The notes: generated from the letters alone by a model not told the origin. A stretch of 64,000 nucleotides of DNA from Longimicrobiales bacterium (GCA_965248195.1 CBDFIQ010000002.1:167539-231538), one strand, 5' to 3'; positions 24,465 through 32,916 are shown, counted from the first letter of the stretch. Numbers and translations: made by a program.

Positions 24465-25754
24465 TTAGCCTGCCTTTCTCATTTCGGCAACCGGTTCATG
24501 GTCGTCGAGGTGGGCCCTGAGCATCCAGAGCTGGTCGTAGCCGATGATCCTCCGGTAGCTCTTCTCGGTCTCCACGAACGAGGCCGCAGCCCAGCGCAAG
24601 GCCATCGCTCCGTTCTTCCAGTTGGTCACCCTGCGGGTCTTCTGTCTTACGCCCGAGTGGGTGCTGTCGATCAGGTTGGTCGAGCCCAGGCACTTCCTCA
24701 GCCGCGGCGGGAGGCCGAGCCGGTTGATCGTGAACATCTCGCTGAGGCCTTCGCGTAGGCTGGCCGAGGCCGAGGGGTGGTCGCGCTCGAGCCATCGGGC
24801 GAGCTGCTCGAGCTTCTGCTCGCCCTGCTTCGCGTCCAGCTTCATCGCCGCCCGGAACGCCGCCTTCACCTGAGGATGCTGATCCTTCGGCAGATGACCC
24901 AGCACGTTGCGGAGCTTGTGGTTGCGGCAGCGCTGGATGGGGTGACGTTGGCCGAACACCTTCTCGATCGCCTTCCTGAGCGCTTTCGAGCCATCGATCA
25001 CGAACAGCCGCCGCCTGCCCGGGTCCAGGCCGCGCTCGACCAGATCCTCTAGGAGCGCGCTGGTCACCTCGGCGTTCTCACTCGCTCCTTCCCTCACGCC
25101 CAGCACGTGCTTCTTTCCGTCTGAGTCCACGCCTACCGCAGCAAGCACGTGGTGCGAGCCCATCTGGATCCCGTCCAGGTAGATCACCAGGAGGTCCCAC
25201 GCATCCAGCCGGCGCTCCATCAGCTCCTTCAGCACGCGCTCCGAGGCCTCGACCGTCTCACGGCTCACCGCCGACTTGCTCACCCCGACCGTGTCGGCCA
25301 TCTCACCGATCACACGGCCGTACTTCCGCGTGCTCACCCCCGCCATCAGGACCTCGAGCATCCGATCCGCCACGGCGCCCGGTCTCCGCATCGCTGCGTA
25401 CGCCGGCACCTCGACCTCGCCACCCTCCCCGGCGCCCCGGCGCCTGAGCCGTGGCCGCTCCACACGCACCTTCCGGTCCGACAGGTAAACCACACCACCC
25501 TGCCGGCCATACCACACCGTGTCGTCTTCCGCTCGTGACCGACCTGCCTGCTTCACGCCTGCCACACCCTCGGCGCTCATCTCCAGCACCGCTTCGATCG
25601 TCGCTCGTCCCATCACCTGGATGACTTCGTCGATCGCGACCTCCGTCTGCTCCACGAGCTCAAGCATCGGAAGCAGAAACTGCCCCTCCCGCTTCAGGAA
25701 CTCCCTGATCGCGCGCTTGTCCGCCCGATCCCTTACCTCGTACGTTCTCTTCAT
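24465..25754 (-). CDS. IS256 family transposase
   Basis: ORF 24465..25754 (429 aa). It contains LVIYLDGIQMG, FVIDGSKALRKAI, IQRCRNHKLRNVL and STNLIDSTHSGVRQKTRRV. Confidence 0.9.
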   Translation of the reverse strand: MKRTYEVRDRADKRAIREFLKREGQFLLPMLELVEQTEVAIDEVIQVMGRATIEAVLEMSAEGVAGVKQAGRSRAEDDTVWYGRQGGVVYLSDRKVRVERPRLRRRGAGEGGEVEVPAYAAMRRPGAVADRMLEVLMAGVSTRKYGRVIGEMADTVGVSKSAVSRETVEASERVLKELMERRLDAWDLLVIYLDGIQMGSHHVLAAVGVDSDGKKHVLGVREGASENAEVTSALLEDLVERGLDPGRRRLFVIDGSKALRKAIEKVFGQRHPIQRCRNHKLRNVLGHLPKDQHPQVKAAFRAAMKLDAKQGEQKLEQLARWLERDHPSASASLREGLSEMFTINRLGLPPRLRKCLGSTNLIDSTHSGVRQKTRRVTNWKNGAMALRWAAASFVETEKSYRRIIGYDQLWMLRAHLDDHEPVAEMRKAG

Positions 25755-25755
25755 C

Positions 25756-25822
25756 GTGGTGGCTCCGTGTTGGGGTTTTTGCCTACCCGAGCCTATCGGC
25801 CCGGGACCCCCGGAGCCACCAC
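25756..25822. repeat. 12-bp perfect inverted repeat (gtggtggctccg / cggagccaccac) with a 43-nt spacer in the IS256 5' leader
   Basis: The arms are 25756-25767 and 25811-25822. The proximal arm contains the GGAG just upstream of the transposase ATG. Confidence 0.85.
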
Positions 25823-25858
25823 TTTTCTTTCTCCCCTATCAGGAACCTTCAACTACGG

Positions 25859-27205
25859 TTGGGACAGCTTCAACGTCACGGTCGAAGTCAACTGACCCGG
25901 GAAAGCGGGATTCGAGGACAGGGTCCCGCCCGCACAACTACGGTCGTCATCGGGGCTGGCCACGCCGGTTTGGCCATGAGCCGCTGCCTCGCCGACCGCT
26001 CGATCGACCATGTGGTCCTCGAGCGGGGTGAGGTGGCCAACACCTGGAAGACCGAGCGGTGGGACTCGCTGCGGCTACTGACGCCCAACTGGCAGAGTCG
26101 ATTGCCGGGCTACGGATACGAGGGCGACGATCCTGACGGCTTCCGCACCATGCCCGAGACGATCGACTTCATCGAGCGGTACGCCGAGGTGATTTCGGCC
26201 CCGGTCCACGCCGGAACCACCGTGACCGCGGTGCGCGGTAGCGGCGAGGGCTACATCGTCGCCACCGACCAGGGCGATTGGCGATGCCGGACGGTCGTTA
26301 TCGCTAGCGGAGCGTTTGCCATCCCGCGAATCCCGGCGGTCGCGGAGGCGGTGCCGTTCTCGATCGCGACGCTCACGCCGAAGGAGTACCACAACCCGGA
26401 CCAGCTCGAGCAGGGTGGCGTGCTGATCGTCGGCGCCTCGGCAAGCGGCACACAGATTGCCTCAGAGATCCACCGCTCGGGTCGGCCCGTGACACTCGCC
26501 CTGGGCGAGCACATCCGGGCGCCCCGCGTCTATCGGGGAAAAGACATCAAATGGTGGATGGACGGAGCCGGGGTGCTGGACGAGTTCTATACCGAGGTCG
26601 ACAACATCGACCGGGTTCGGAACGTGCCATCGCTTCAGCTCACGGGCTCCGACGACCGTCGCACCCTCGATCTCAACTCCCTGACGGACATCGGCGTGAA
26701 GCTCATAGGTCGTCTTGCCGGCATCAACGACGGTATGGCCCAGTTTTCGGGTGCGCTGCGGAACCTGTGCGAGATGTCGGACCTCAAAATGAACAGGTTG
26801 CTCGACAGGATCGACGATTGGGCGACCGAAAACTCCCTCGACGACGCGGTCGATCCACCGCACCGCCTCGAACCCACCAGGGTCGAGGCTTCGCCGCCGC
26901 TCGGTATGGACCTCACGAGCGGCGAGATCCGGACCATCCTTTGGGCGACCGGGTTCCGCCCCGACCACTCCTGGCTCGACGTCCCAGTTCTCGACCGCAA
27001 GGGCCGCATCCGGCACGACGGTGGCGTGGTTGAGGCTGCCGGGATGTATTTGATGGGCGTTCCGTTCCTCCGGCGTCGCAAATCGAGTCTCATCGACGGC
27101 GCCAGCGACGATGCCCGTGACTTGAGCGCCCACCTGGCGGCCTACCTCGATGGGAAATCTCCAGGCGCCGCTGTGCCTGAAGACAGAGTCTCGGCCGTCG
27201 GCTAG
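25859..27205 (+). CDS. NAD(P)/FAD-dependent oxidoreductase (flavin monooxygenase-like), 5' end uncertain or possibly truncated by IS256
   Basis: ORF 25859..27205. It has VVIGAGHAGLA (FAD), LIVGASASGTQIA (NADPH) and LWATGF. The only candidate start is TTG at 25859, 4 nt from the IS end and about 27 codons before the Rossmann motif. Confidence 0.7.
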   Translation: MGQLQRHGRSQLTRESGIRGQGPARTTTVVIGAGHAGLAMSRCLADRSIDHVVLERGEVANTWKTERWDSLRLLTPNWQSRLPGYGYEGDDPDGFRTMPETIDFIERYAEVISAPVHAGTTVTAVRGSGEGYIVATDQGDWRCRTVVIASGAFAIPRIPAVAEAVPFSIATLTPKEYHNPDQLEQGGVLIVGASASGTQIASEIHRSGRPVTLALGEHIRAPRVYRGKDIKWWMDGAGVLDEFYTEVDNIDRVRNVPSLQLTGSDDRRTLDLNSLTDIGVKLIGRLAGINDGMAQFSGALRNLCEMSDLKMNRLLDRIDDWATENSLDDAVDPPHRLEPTRVEASPPLGMDLTSGEIRTILWATGFRPDHSWLDVPVLDRKGRIRHDGGVVEAAGMYLMGVPFLRRRKSSLIDGASDDARDLSAHLAAYLDGKSPGAAVPEDRVSAVG

Positions 27206-27219
27206 GCCACGGCGGGCGG

Positions 27220-28420
27220 CTACACCACAGCGGGCGGGGCCACGAACTCCTGGTCCAAGGTGCGCAGCAGGCCGACCTCGGCGTTCATCTCTCGGCTTAG
27301 GACCAGATGGTCCTCCTTGGCTTCATCCAGATCCCACTCGAACGAGGCGATGTGGTCCGTGACGTCGAGCAGACCCTTCACCAGGCCGTCCCGGGTTTCT
27401 TGATAACCGGCTAACGCGCCCTCACCGCCGTCCACCACGGCCCGGGCTAGAAGCTCGGCGTCACGCAGGGCATCGGTGATCCCGTGCGCGGTAATGGGAT
27501 CCTTGAAGTAGCCTGCGTCACCGACCAGAGTCCATCCAGGTCCGGAAGCGCGTCGGAGGAAGCCGGTCGTGCCCGCGAAAGCTCGCAGCTTGCCGGAGGC
27601 CTCGCTTGCGTTGACGCTGCGCGCCAGTTCGCGAGACTTCGCTCAGCACGGCGTGGTAAAGGGCGTCGAGGCCATTCCTTCGCTCCTCTTCGAAGCGAGT
27701 CGGCGGAAGCGAAGCGAAGACGCACGTATCCCCATCATTCGTCGGGATGGATCCCACGGCGCCGCCTATGTTGTAGAGCCAGTGGAATCCCTCCCACCCC
27801 AGATCTTTCCAGTAGCCGTAGATGGAGGCGGTCGTGTGGAGGACGGTGTAGTCGAGCTCGGCTTCCAGAATCCGTGCGACGCGCGATCGGACACCGTCGG
27901 CCCCGATGACGAGATCGGCGGCCACATCGATCACGTGTTGGTCGGCTCCGGCGATGTTCGCACCGCGGATGCGGCCGTGGGAATCCCGAAGGACATCGAC
28001 GACGGAGTAGCCGTAGATCACCTCGGCACCGGCTGCCAGAGCGGCGTCGCAAAGTATCGTGTCCAGGACGGTCCGACGCGGAGCATACAACCCGTCTACA
28101 TCGTCCCGCTCCTTGATCGAGACTTCGATGGCCTCCTCACCGTAATGGAAGGTGGTCGTCCGGATGGTGGGGGTCTCGGCCGCCCGGATCGCATCCAGCA
28201 GGCCCCAGCGGTGCAGTTGGAGCACGCCGCCCCGCATGAGCGCGTGGGTCGACAAGGTGTCGCTGCCTCGGCTGGTAGGGTCGACCACGAGGACCCGCAT
28301 CCCCTGACGGGCGAGGAGCATCGCGGTGGACGCGCCCGCGCATCGCGCGCCGGCGATGACAACGTCATAGCGGTTCCGCGTGATCGGCGACTGCACGGTG
28401 GAGGCCATAGGCCGCAACAT
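27220..28420 (-). pseudogene. FAD-dependent aromatic-ring-hydroxylase-type monooxygenase, single frameshift (span 1201 nt = 3n+1)
   Basis: ORF 27518..28420 gives YDVVIAGARCAGAS...LVIGADGVRSRVA...LYHAVLSEVS. The frame that continues into ORF 27220..27438 then gives RELARSVNASEASGKLRAFAGTTGFLRRASGPGWTLVGDAGYFKDPITAHGITDALRDAELLARAVVDGGEG.... The frame switch lies at about 27625-27642. Confidence 0.8.
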
Positions 28421-28464
28421 GCGGGTCGGCTACACGGGCATCAAGCTCCGTCCACCGCCTGATC

Positions 28465-29184
28465 TCAGCCCGGCGTCCTGTCCCGAGTCGGGTCGGATCC
28501 CTGGGGAACGGGCCGCGCATTGGGCCGTCGGTCGGGACCCCCGGGTCTCCCGTCGTGGCGCACGCGGCGGAGTGACACACCATCCCTCATGGCCCGGAGC
28601 ATTTGTCCTGCGGCGTCCGGGGCCAGAGCCCCCTCACGCACCAGTCGGCGCAGTGCGGTGGGTACGTCGAGCAAGCCCTCCTCGCCGGTGGTCCTCACGA
28701 ACGCTTCCCGCATCACCTCCATGGCCCGTCCCGCGGAAACCCCGGCATCCAGCAGATCGCCCATGACCACGAGCGCCATGGGTGTCCGTGTGCCCGCTTC
28801 TCGCCCGATCGACGTCAGGGCGTCCGCCGCGACTCCGCGACGCAGGGCGTCGGCCCCGGCCACGACCCATGCCGCATCAGGGGTGCCGCCCAGGAGGCCC
28901 TGAGCCCGCTGCATCCGTCCCGAAAACTCTCGGAGCGCCGGCATGACCCGTGCGGCGGGGACCCGCTTCGCGGCCCCTTCGAGCGCCTTGTCGTACAGAG
29001 GGCCGACCGGAACTCCGTTGCGCCCGGCCTGCTCCACGACAGCTTCGATCTGTGCCGCCGCCTCGAGGGAGTAGGCCTGCCGGAGGCGGGCCACCTGATC
29101 CTGTGCGAGCAGAGCGTTCGCCGAGCTAGCGGCCAAAACCGCCGCCAGGATGAGGCTTCTCTTTACCGTCATTTCGTAAATCAT
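28465..29184 (-). CDS. Hypothetical secreted alpha-helical protein (239 aa)
   Basis: ORF 28465..29277. ATG at 29184 is preceded by a G-rich SD. It has a signal peptide (MIYEMTVKRSLILAAVLAASSANALLAQ). It is the last gene of the ECF operon. Confidence 0.6.
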   Translation of the reverse strand: MIYEMTVKRSLILAAVLAASSANALLAQDQVARLRQAYSLEAAAQIEAVVEQAGRNGVPVGPLYDKALEGAAKRVPAARVMPALREFSGRMQRAQGLLGGTPDAAWVVAGADALRRGVAADALTSIGREAGTRTPMALVVMGDLLDAGVSAGRAMEVMREAFVRTTGEEGLLDVPTALRRLVREGALAPDAAGQMLRAMRDGVSLRRVRHDGRPGGPDRRPNARPVPQGSDPTRDRTPG

Positions 29185-29198
29185 CTTGAGTCCCCCCT

Positions 29199-29429
29199 TC
29201 ACGGGACAACGATTGTAGCGTTCATCTGTCCCCAGTCGTCGCTCACTTGACCCGGGGCCCCCTCCGGCACGAACCACTCACCGTCGACCAGGAAGCCGAA
29301 GTGGTACGTACCGGCCGCCAACGGAATCTCCAGGACCCACGCCCGACCATCTTGGACCATGGCTTGGGGCTCCCAGCCCGAGAAATCACCTAGGACCTCT
29401 ATGCGTTGAAGCAGGCCGGTCTTCCACAC
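29199..29429 (-). CDS. CBM48 / AMPK-beta glycogen-binding-like domain, either the frameshifted C-terminus of the upstream gene or a GTG-initiated 76-aa overlapping ORF
   Basis: In the ORF 29199..29612 frame the sequence is VWKTGLLQRIEVLGDFSGWEPQAMVQDGRAWVLEIPLAAGTYHFGFLVDGEWFVPEG...NATIVVP. There is a GTG at 29429. Confidence 0.6.
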   Translation of the reverse strand: MWKTGLLQRIEVLGDFSGWEPQAMVQDGRAWVLEIPLAAGTYHFGFLVDGEWFVPEGAPGQVSDDWGQMNATIVVP

Positions 29430-30381
29430 GGAATTGGGCCGCGGCTCCTCCTGACGTCGACCGTAACGCCACCACCGGTGTCGCCCCGCGCGGACCGAAC
29501 CGGACCAGACGGCGACCGATGACCAGGCCTCCCTGTCCACCGGGCTCGCTTCGCACCAGCGGATCCGGGTCGGTGCGGCCGCCCACCAACCGGGCGAACC
29601 AGTTGGGACCACCCAGCGGCAACGTCACCGAGATGATTCCCGTGGTTTCGCTTCCCAGCGGCGTGTCCCACACGCTGAGGGTGGCTGTGATGAGGGAACG
29701 GTCCGTGCCGGCGCGGACCTGGAGCTCGCTCCTTCGATACGTCCCGGTCTCCGTCTCCAGGACGCCATAGGACGCCGACGTCAGCGTCCTTCCGAGCCGT
29801 AACTGCAGCTCGGGCCCCCAACCGTGGTGCCAGAGGTCTTGTGAGAACACCCTCACCGCATCAAGCCGTCGCAGCTCGACCGTGGACGTTCCCTTGCCTC
29901 CCTCGCCATAAAGGACGATGGCGACCGGTCCCACGGGAATGCGCACTTCTGGCCGCGCCACCATGGTCAGAGCCTGATAGGTGTACGGCTCGCCGACGGC
30001 AAAGCCGTACATGGACGCCGACAAGCTGAGCTGGACCGGTCCACCCGCACCGGTCACCGCCTCTCCGCCGAGAGCGAAGCTCCCCCAATCCCCGCCTATG
30101 GCGCCGGTGGTCATCCCTCCGAAGACGCCCGCGAAGACCCCACTTCCCGAGGGCGTCCAGCGATCCACCTGCAGCCCGGCCGTGAGGTAGGTCGCGGCCG
30201 GGATGTCGGTGCCCGACGGGGCAAATGCTCGGGAGCCCCCGACCTCGATGCGCACCTCACCCCCCTGGCCGAACGCACCGGCAGGGCGCAATGCGAGCGC
30301 CAGGAGAATCGCTCCCGCCGTCCGGCTGAAACATGCCCCGAGGGCGAGGCGGGCTCCGCGGGCGGAGGGTCGGGTACGCAT
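29386..30381 (-). CDS. Hypothetical secreted Gly/Thr/Ala-rich protein, possibly a beta-barrel (331 aa as read)
   Basis: ORF 29386..30477. ATG at 30381 lies 2 nt after the anti-sigma stop. It has a signal-like sequence (ARLALGACFSRTAGAILLALALRPAGAFGQ) and alternating beta-strand-like composition. Confidence 0.6.
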   Translation of the reverse strand: MRTRPSARGARLALGACFSRTAGAILLALALRPAGAFGQGGEVRIEVGGSRAFAPSGTDIPAATYLTAGLQVDRWTPSGSGVFAGVFGGMTTGAIGGDWGSFALGGEAVTGAGGPVQLSLSASMYGFAVGEPYTYQALTMVARPEVRIPVGPVAIVLYGEGGKGTSTVELRRLDAVRVFSQDLWHHGWGPELQLRLGRTLTSASYGVLETETGTYRRSELQVRAGTDRSLITATLSVWDTPLGSETTGIISVTLPLGGPNWFARLVGGRTDPDPLVRSEPGGQGGLVIGRRLVRFGPRGATPVVALRSTSGGAAAQFRVEDRPASTHRGPR

Positions 30382-30383
30382 GC

Positions 30384-30998
30384 TCACAGCGTCGTCGGCG
30401 GAGCGACGGCCAAGACGGCGTTTTGGTTGCCGAAGCCGTCGTCCGCGTAGCGCTGGGCTCCGGGATCGGTGACCCAATCGGTGCCGTCGATGACGAACAT
30501 GTACTTGTGGAGGCCGGGCGTGATCGGGACTCGTCCGGTCCAGATCCCATCGCCATCAGCGTCCTCGAGGACGAAGTCGCTCTCCCATCCACTGAAGTCA
30601 CCGGCCACGGCAACCGTCGTGGCTCCGGGGGCTTCGAGGGAAAACTCCACCAGGATCTCGGTGACGGCGACGGGCCCGAGCTGCTGCTCGACCGGTGTTC
30701 TGTTCGGTAACAGCACGACCACGGCTACGGCCGCAGCGGCCATGGCCAGGCTCGTCAGCGGGGAGAGACGGATGTTGCGCGGCCTGAGCAGCCAGTCGAA
30801 AACGCTCTCCCTGGGTGCGCTGGCCAACGCGATCTCGCTCATGACCGCATTCTCCATCCATGGCGGGGCCTGTTTCGGCTCGTCGGCCTTCATCTCTCCG
30901 GTGAGCCTTCGCCAGGCTTCAGCCTCGGCCTGAGCTTCGGGGCTGAGCTCTTCAAGCTCCCGTTCCCCGTCCATGTAGTCATTCAGTTCATTGTTCAT
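30384..30998 (-). CDS. Anti-sigma factor with a single TM segment and an extracytoplasmic CBM48-like domain
   Basis: ORF 30384..30998. Its ATG overlaps the sigma-factor stop (ATGA). It has a TM segment (LTSLAMAAAAVAVVVLL) and a C-terminus reading VEFSLEAPGATTVAVAGDFSGWESDFVLEDADGDGIWTGRVPITPGLHKYMFVIDGTDWVTDP. Confidence 0.7.
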   Translation of the reverse strand: MNNELNDYMDGERELEELSPEAQAEAEAWRRLTGEMKADEPKQAPPWMENAVMSEIALASAPRESVFDWLLRPRNIRLSPLTSLAMAAAAVAVVVLLPNRTPVEQQLGPVAVTEILVEFSLEAPGATTVAVAGDFSGWESDFVLEDADGDGIWTGRVPITPGLHKYMFVIDGTDWVTDPGAQRYADDGFGNQNAVLAVAPPTTL

Positions 30999-31565
30999 TG
31001 GTACACCTTCAACAATGTCTGCAGCTCGTCTCGAGCGCGTAGCACCCTCATTTTCAGAGCCGACTTAGAGGCGCCCAGCAGGGTGGCCATCTCGCCGTAC
31101 GATCGGCCTTCCAAGTGCTTCAACACAAAGGCCTCACGCTGTTCAGGGCTCAGCCTCTCCAACGCCTGCTGAACCCGGTCCCTCAACTCCTCTCGCTCCA
31201 GGTCCGCGTCCGGCCTCGACCCTTTTCGCCTCTCGAGGGCCAATGCCAGCTTTGCCGACGCTCCCTCTAGCGAGAGGTCGGCCCTGCGTGGACTCTTCAA
31301 GAAATCCTTACAGAGGTTCGCGGCGATCCGGAAGAGCCAGCCACCCACCCACCCGTTCGGGGTCACGGCAGCGATTCAGCTTCTGAAAGCCGCTCACCAG
31401 GGTCTTCTGCACGATGTCGGACGCGTCGTCCGGCTGGCCCACCATCCGGTAGGCGTGTCTGTACAGAACATCCTGATACCGGCGGACCAGCACGCGATAC
31501 ATCTCGTGCCGCCCACCCAGGACCTCCCGGACCACCTCGCCGTCGCTGAGTTCTTCCATTGACAT
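30995..31565 (-). pseudogene. ECF (sigma-70 family group 4) RNA polymerase sigma factor, frame broken in a (GGGT)3 tract
   Basis: ORF 31308..31565 covers region 2 (YRVLVRRYQDVLYRHAYRMVG...DIVQKT...GFQKLNRCRDPERVGGWL). ORF 30995..31366 continues with GGWLFRIAANLCKDFLKS...LSPEQREAFVLKHLEGRSYGEMATLLGASKSALKMRVLRARDEL. The span is 571 nt (3n+1). Confidence 0.85.
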
Positions 31566-31596
31566 TAAGAGAAAGTTACCGGGACCTCATACGTAA

Positions 31597-31623
31597 GACG
31601 AGGGAAACGTGCCGGGGGTCACA
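31597..31623 (-). promoter_or_regulatory. Candidate ECF-type promoter TGTGAC-N17-CGTC upstream of the sigma factor gene
   Basis: The minus strand reads AATGTGACCCCCGGCACGTTTCCCTCGTCT. The CGTC lies about 30 nt upstream of the ATG at 31565. 24 of 30 positions are shared with the copy at 32917-32943. Confidence 0.5.
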
Positions 31624-31774
31624 TTCGTTTTCGGGGCGGGAGACGGACGGTGCACCCGAACGCCCCTGGGGAGGTTGGGAAACGGCGAACGCCGGAGGGG
31701 CTTTTCGCCCCCCCGGCGCTGCCGGTGGCGTCGGATGGTCGACGACACTGTGCCGCTCTCGGCGATATGCGGCT

Positions 31775-32866
31775 TCAGCCGACGATTACCGCTCCAACGA
31801 CTGCGGCTCTCCAGATCAGCTGGATGCCTCTCGGATGGCCGTTCTCTATGTGCTTGACACCGGTTTCGAATGCGGCTACGGCCCGTGTCAGCAACTTCTC
31901 GAAGAACTCGTTGGGGTTGAGCTCCAACGCAGCCCTGGCGGCCTCGAGCTCGGTTTTGGCCAGGTCGATGAGGACCTGGAACTCTGAGCTGGCCACATCG
32001 GTGAGGGCACGGATTCTGTCATCCGTCACCCGATCAGGCCGGATCACCGCAGTCAGCGACACGCTCACGGCCTTGTGGCCGAAGATGATGGCCCGTCGGA
32101 AGTGACCGTTCTGGAAGGCTTCCGCAGACGCCGCAGCCAGGCGCGCGGCCGTGTCCAAGAGGTGCTGCTGGCGCTCGCTGATGTCCGTCCCGCTCAGGAG
32201 ACGGTTCGCGAGCTCGACCGCCTTGTCGGCCATAGCTACCACCAACCGGGCCCCCTTCTCCGGATCGGCGTCATGACGCCTGACACGGCTCCGGTCGGTG
32301 CGCCGATGCGCATCGATGACCCGCTTACCCGCGGTCACGTCGTCGCCGCGATCGCGTGCGTCCGTCGCGTCGTCCAAGAACCGATCGACGTCTCTCGCCA
32401 AATCACTGGGTCGATCGAAGTCGTCAGTATCACCCGCCGCGAGCAGCCGGCGCACGTCCCGTACACGATCGATGAAGTCGTCCAGGCTGGAGCGGTCCCG
32501 TCCCTTCGCAAGAGCCCGGCCCAGCGCGTCCCGCGCCCGGTCGCCGAGCGAACGAACCCGCTCATAATCGCCCCGCGTCAGCTCGACGCGGGCCTCGTTG
32601 AATAAGCTATCGGCCGTAAAGATCTCGACGGAGGCCGCGGCCGTCATGTTGGCACTCATGGAGCTGGATACGTCTTGGATGAGGGCCGCGGTCAGATCGG
32701 GATCTGTAGCCATCTCGATCTGCACGTCCTCCATCGGAGGTATTTCGTCGAAGCCCAGATCGCTGGGCGTATCGGTGCACCCGCTGACGAAGAGTGCTCC
32801 CCATAAGAGGAAGATCAACATCAGGAATCCGGTGGCTCCGTTGCTGGAAGCTGGCGCTCTGTACAT
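31775..32866 (-). CDS. Hypothetical alpha-helical lipoprotein (363 aa)
   Basis: ORF 31775..32866. It has a lipobox (LWGALFVSGC) and an Asp/Arg/Ala-rich helical body. I recognise no family. Confidence 0.65.
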   Translation of the reverse strand: MYRAPASSNGATGFLMLIFLLWGALFVSGCTDTPSDLGFDEIPPMEDVQIEMATDPDLTAALIQDVSSSMSANMTAAASVEIFTADSLFNEARVELTRGDYERVRSLGDRARDALGRALAKGRDRSSLDDFIDRVRDVRRLLAAGDTDDFDRPSDLARDVDRFLDDATDARDRGDDVTAGKRVIDAHRRTDRSRVRRHDADPEKGARLVVAMADKAVELANRLLSGTDISERQQHLLDTAARLAAASAEAFQNGHFRRAIIFGHKAVSVSLTAVIRPDRVTDDRIRALTDVASSEFQVLIDLAKTELEAARAALELNPNEFFEKLLTRAVAAFETGVKHIENGHPRGIQLIWRAAVVGAVIVG

Positions 32867-32916
32867 GGTTCTCTCCTTAAAAAAGCAGTGTGTTTCCGAA
32901 TCGAGGCTGGGAACTA

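Larger units (their letters stand above)
24432..25854 (-). mobile_element. IS256 family (Mutator-type) insertion sequence (~1.42 kb)
   Basis: The termini are AGTTGAAGGTGGTGGCTCCGG (24432-) and AGTTGAAGGT + 22-nt insert + GTGGTGGCTCCG (reverse complement of -25854). It encloses a single transposase gene. No clear 8-9 bp target duplication was found. Confidence 0.75.
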
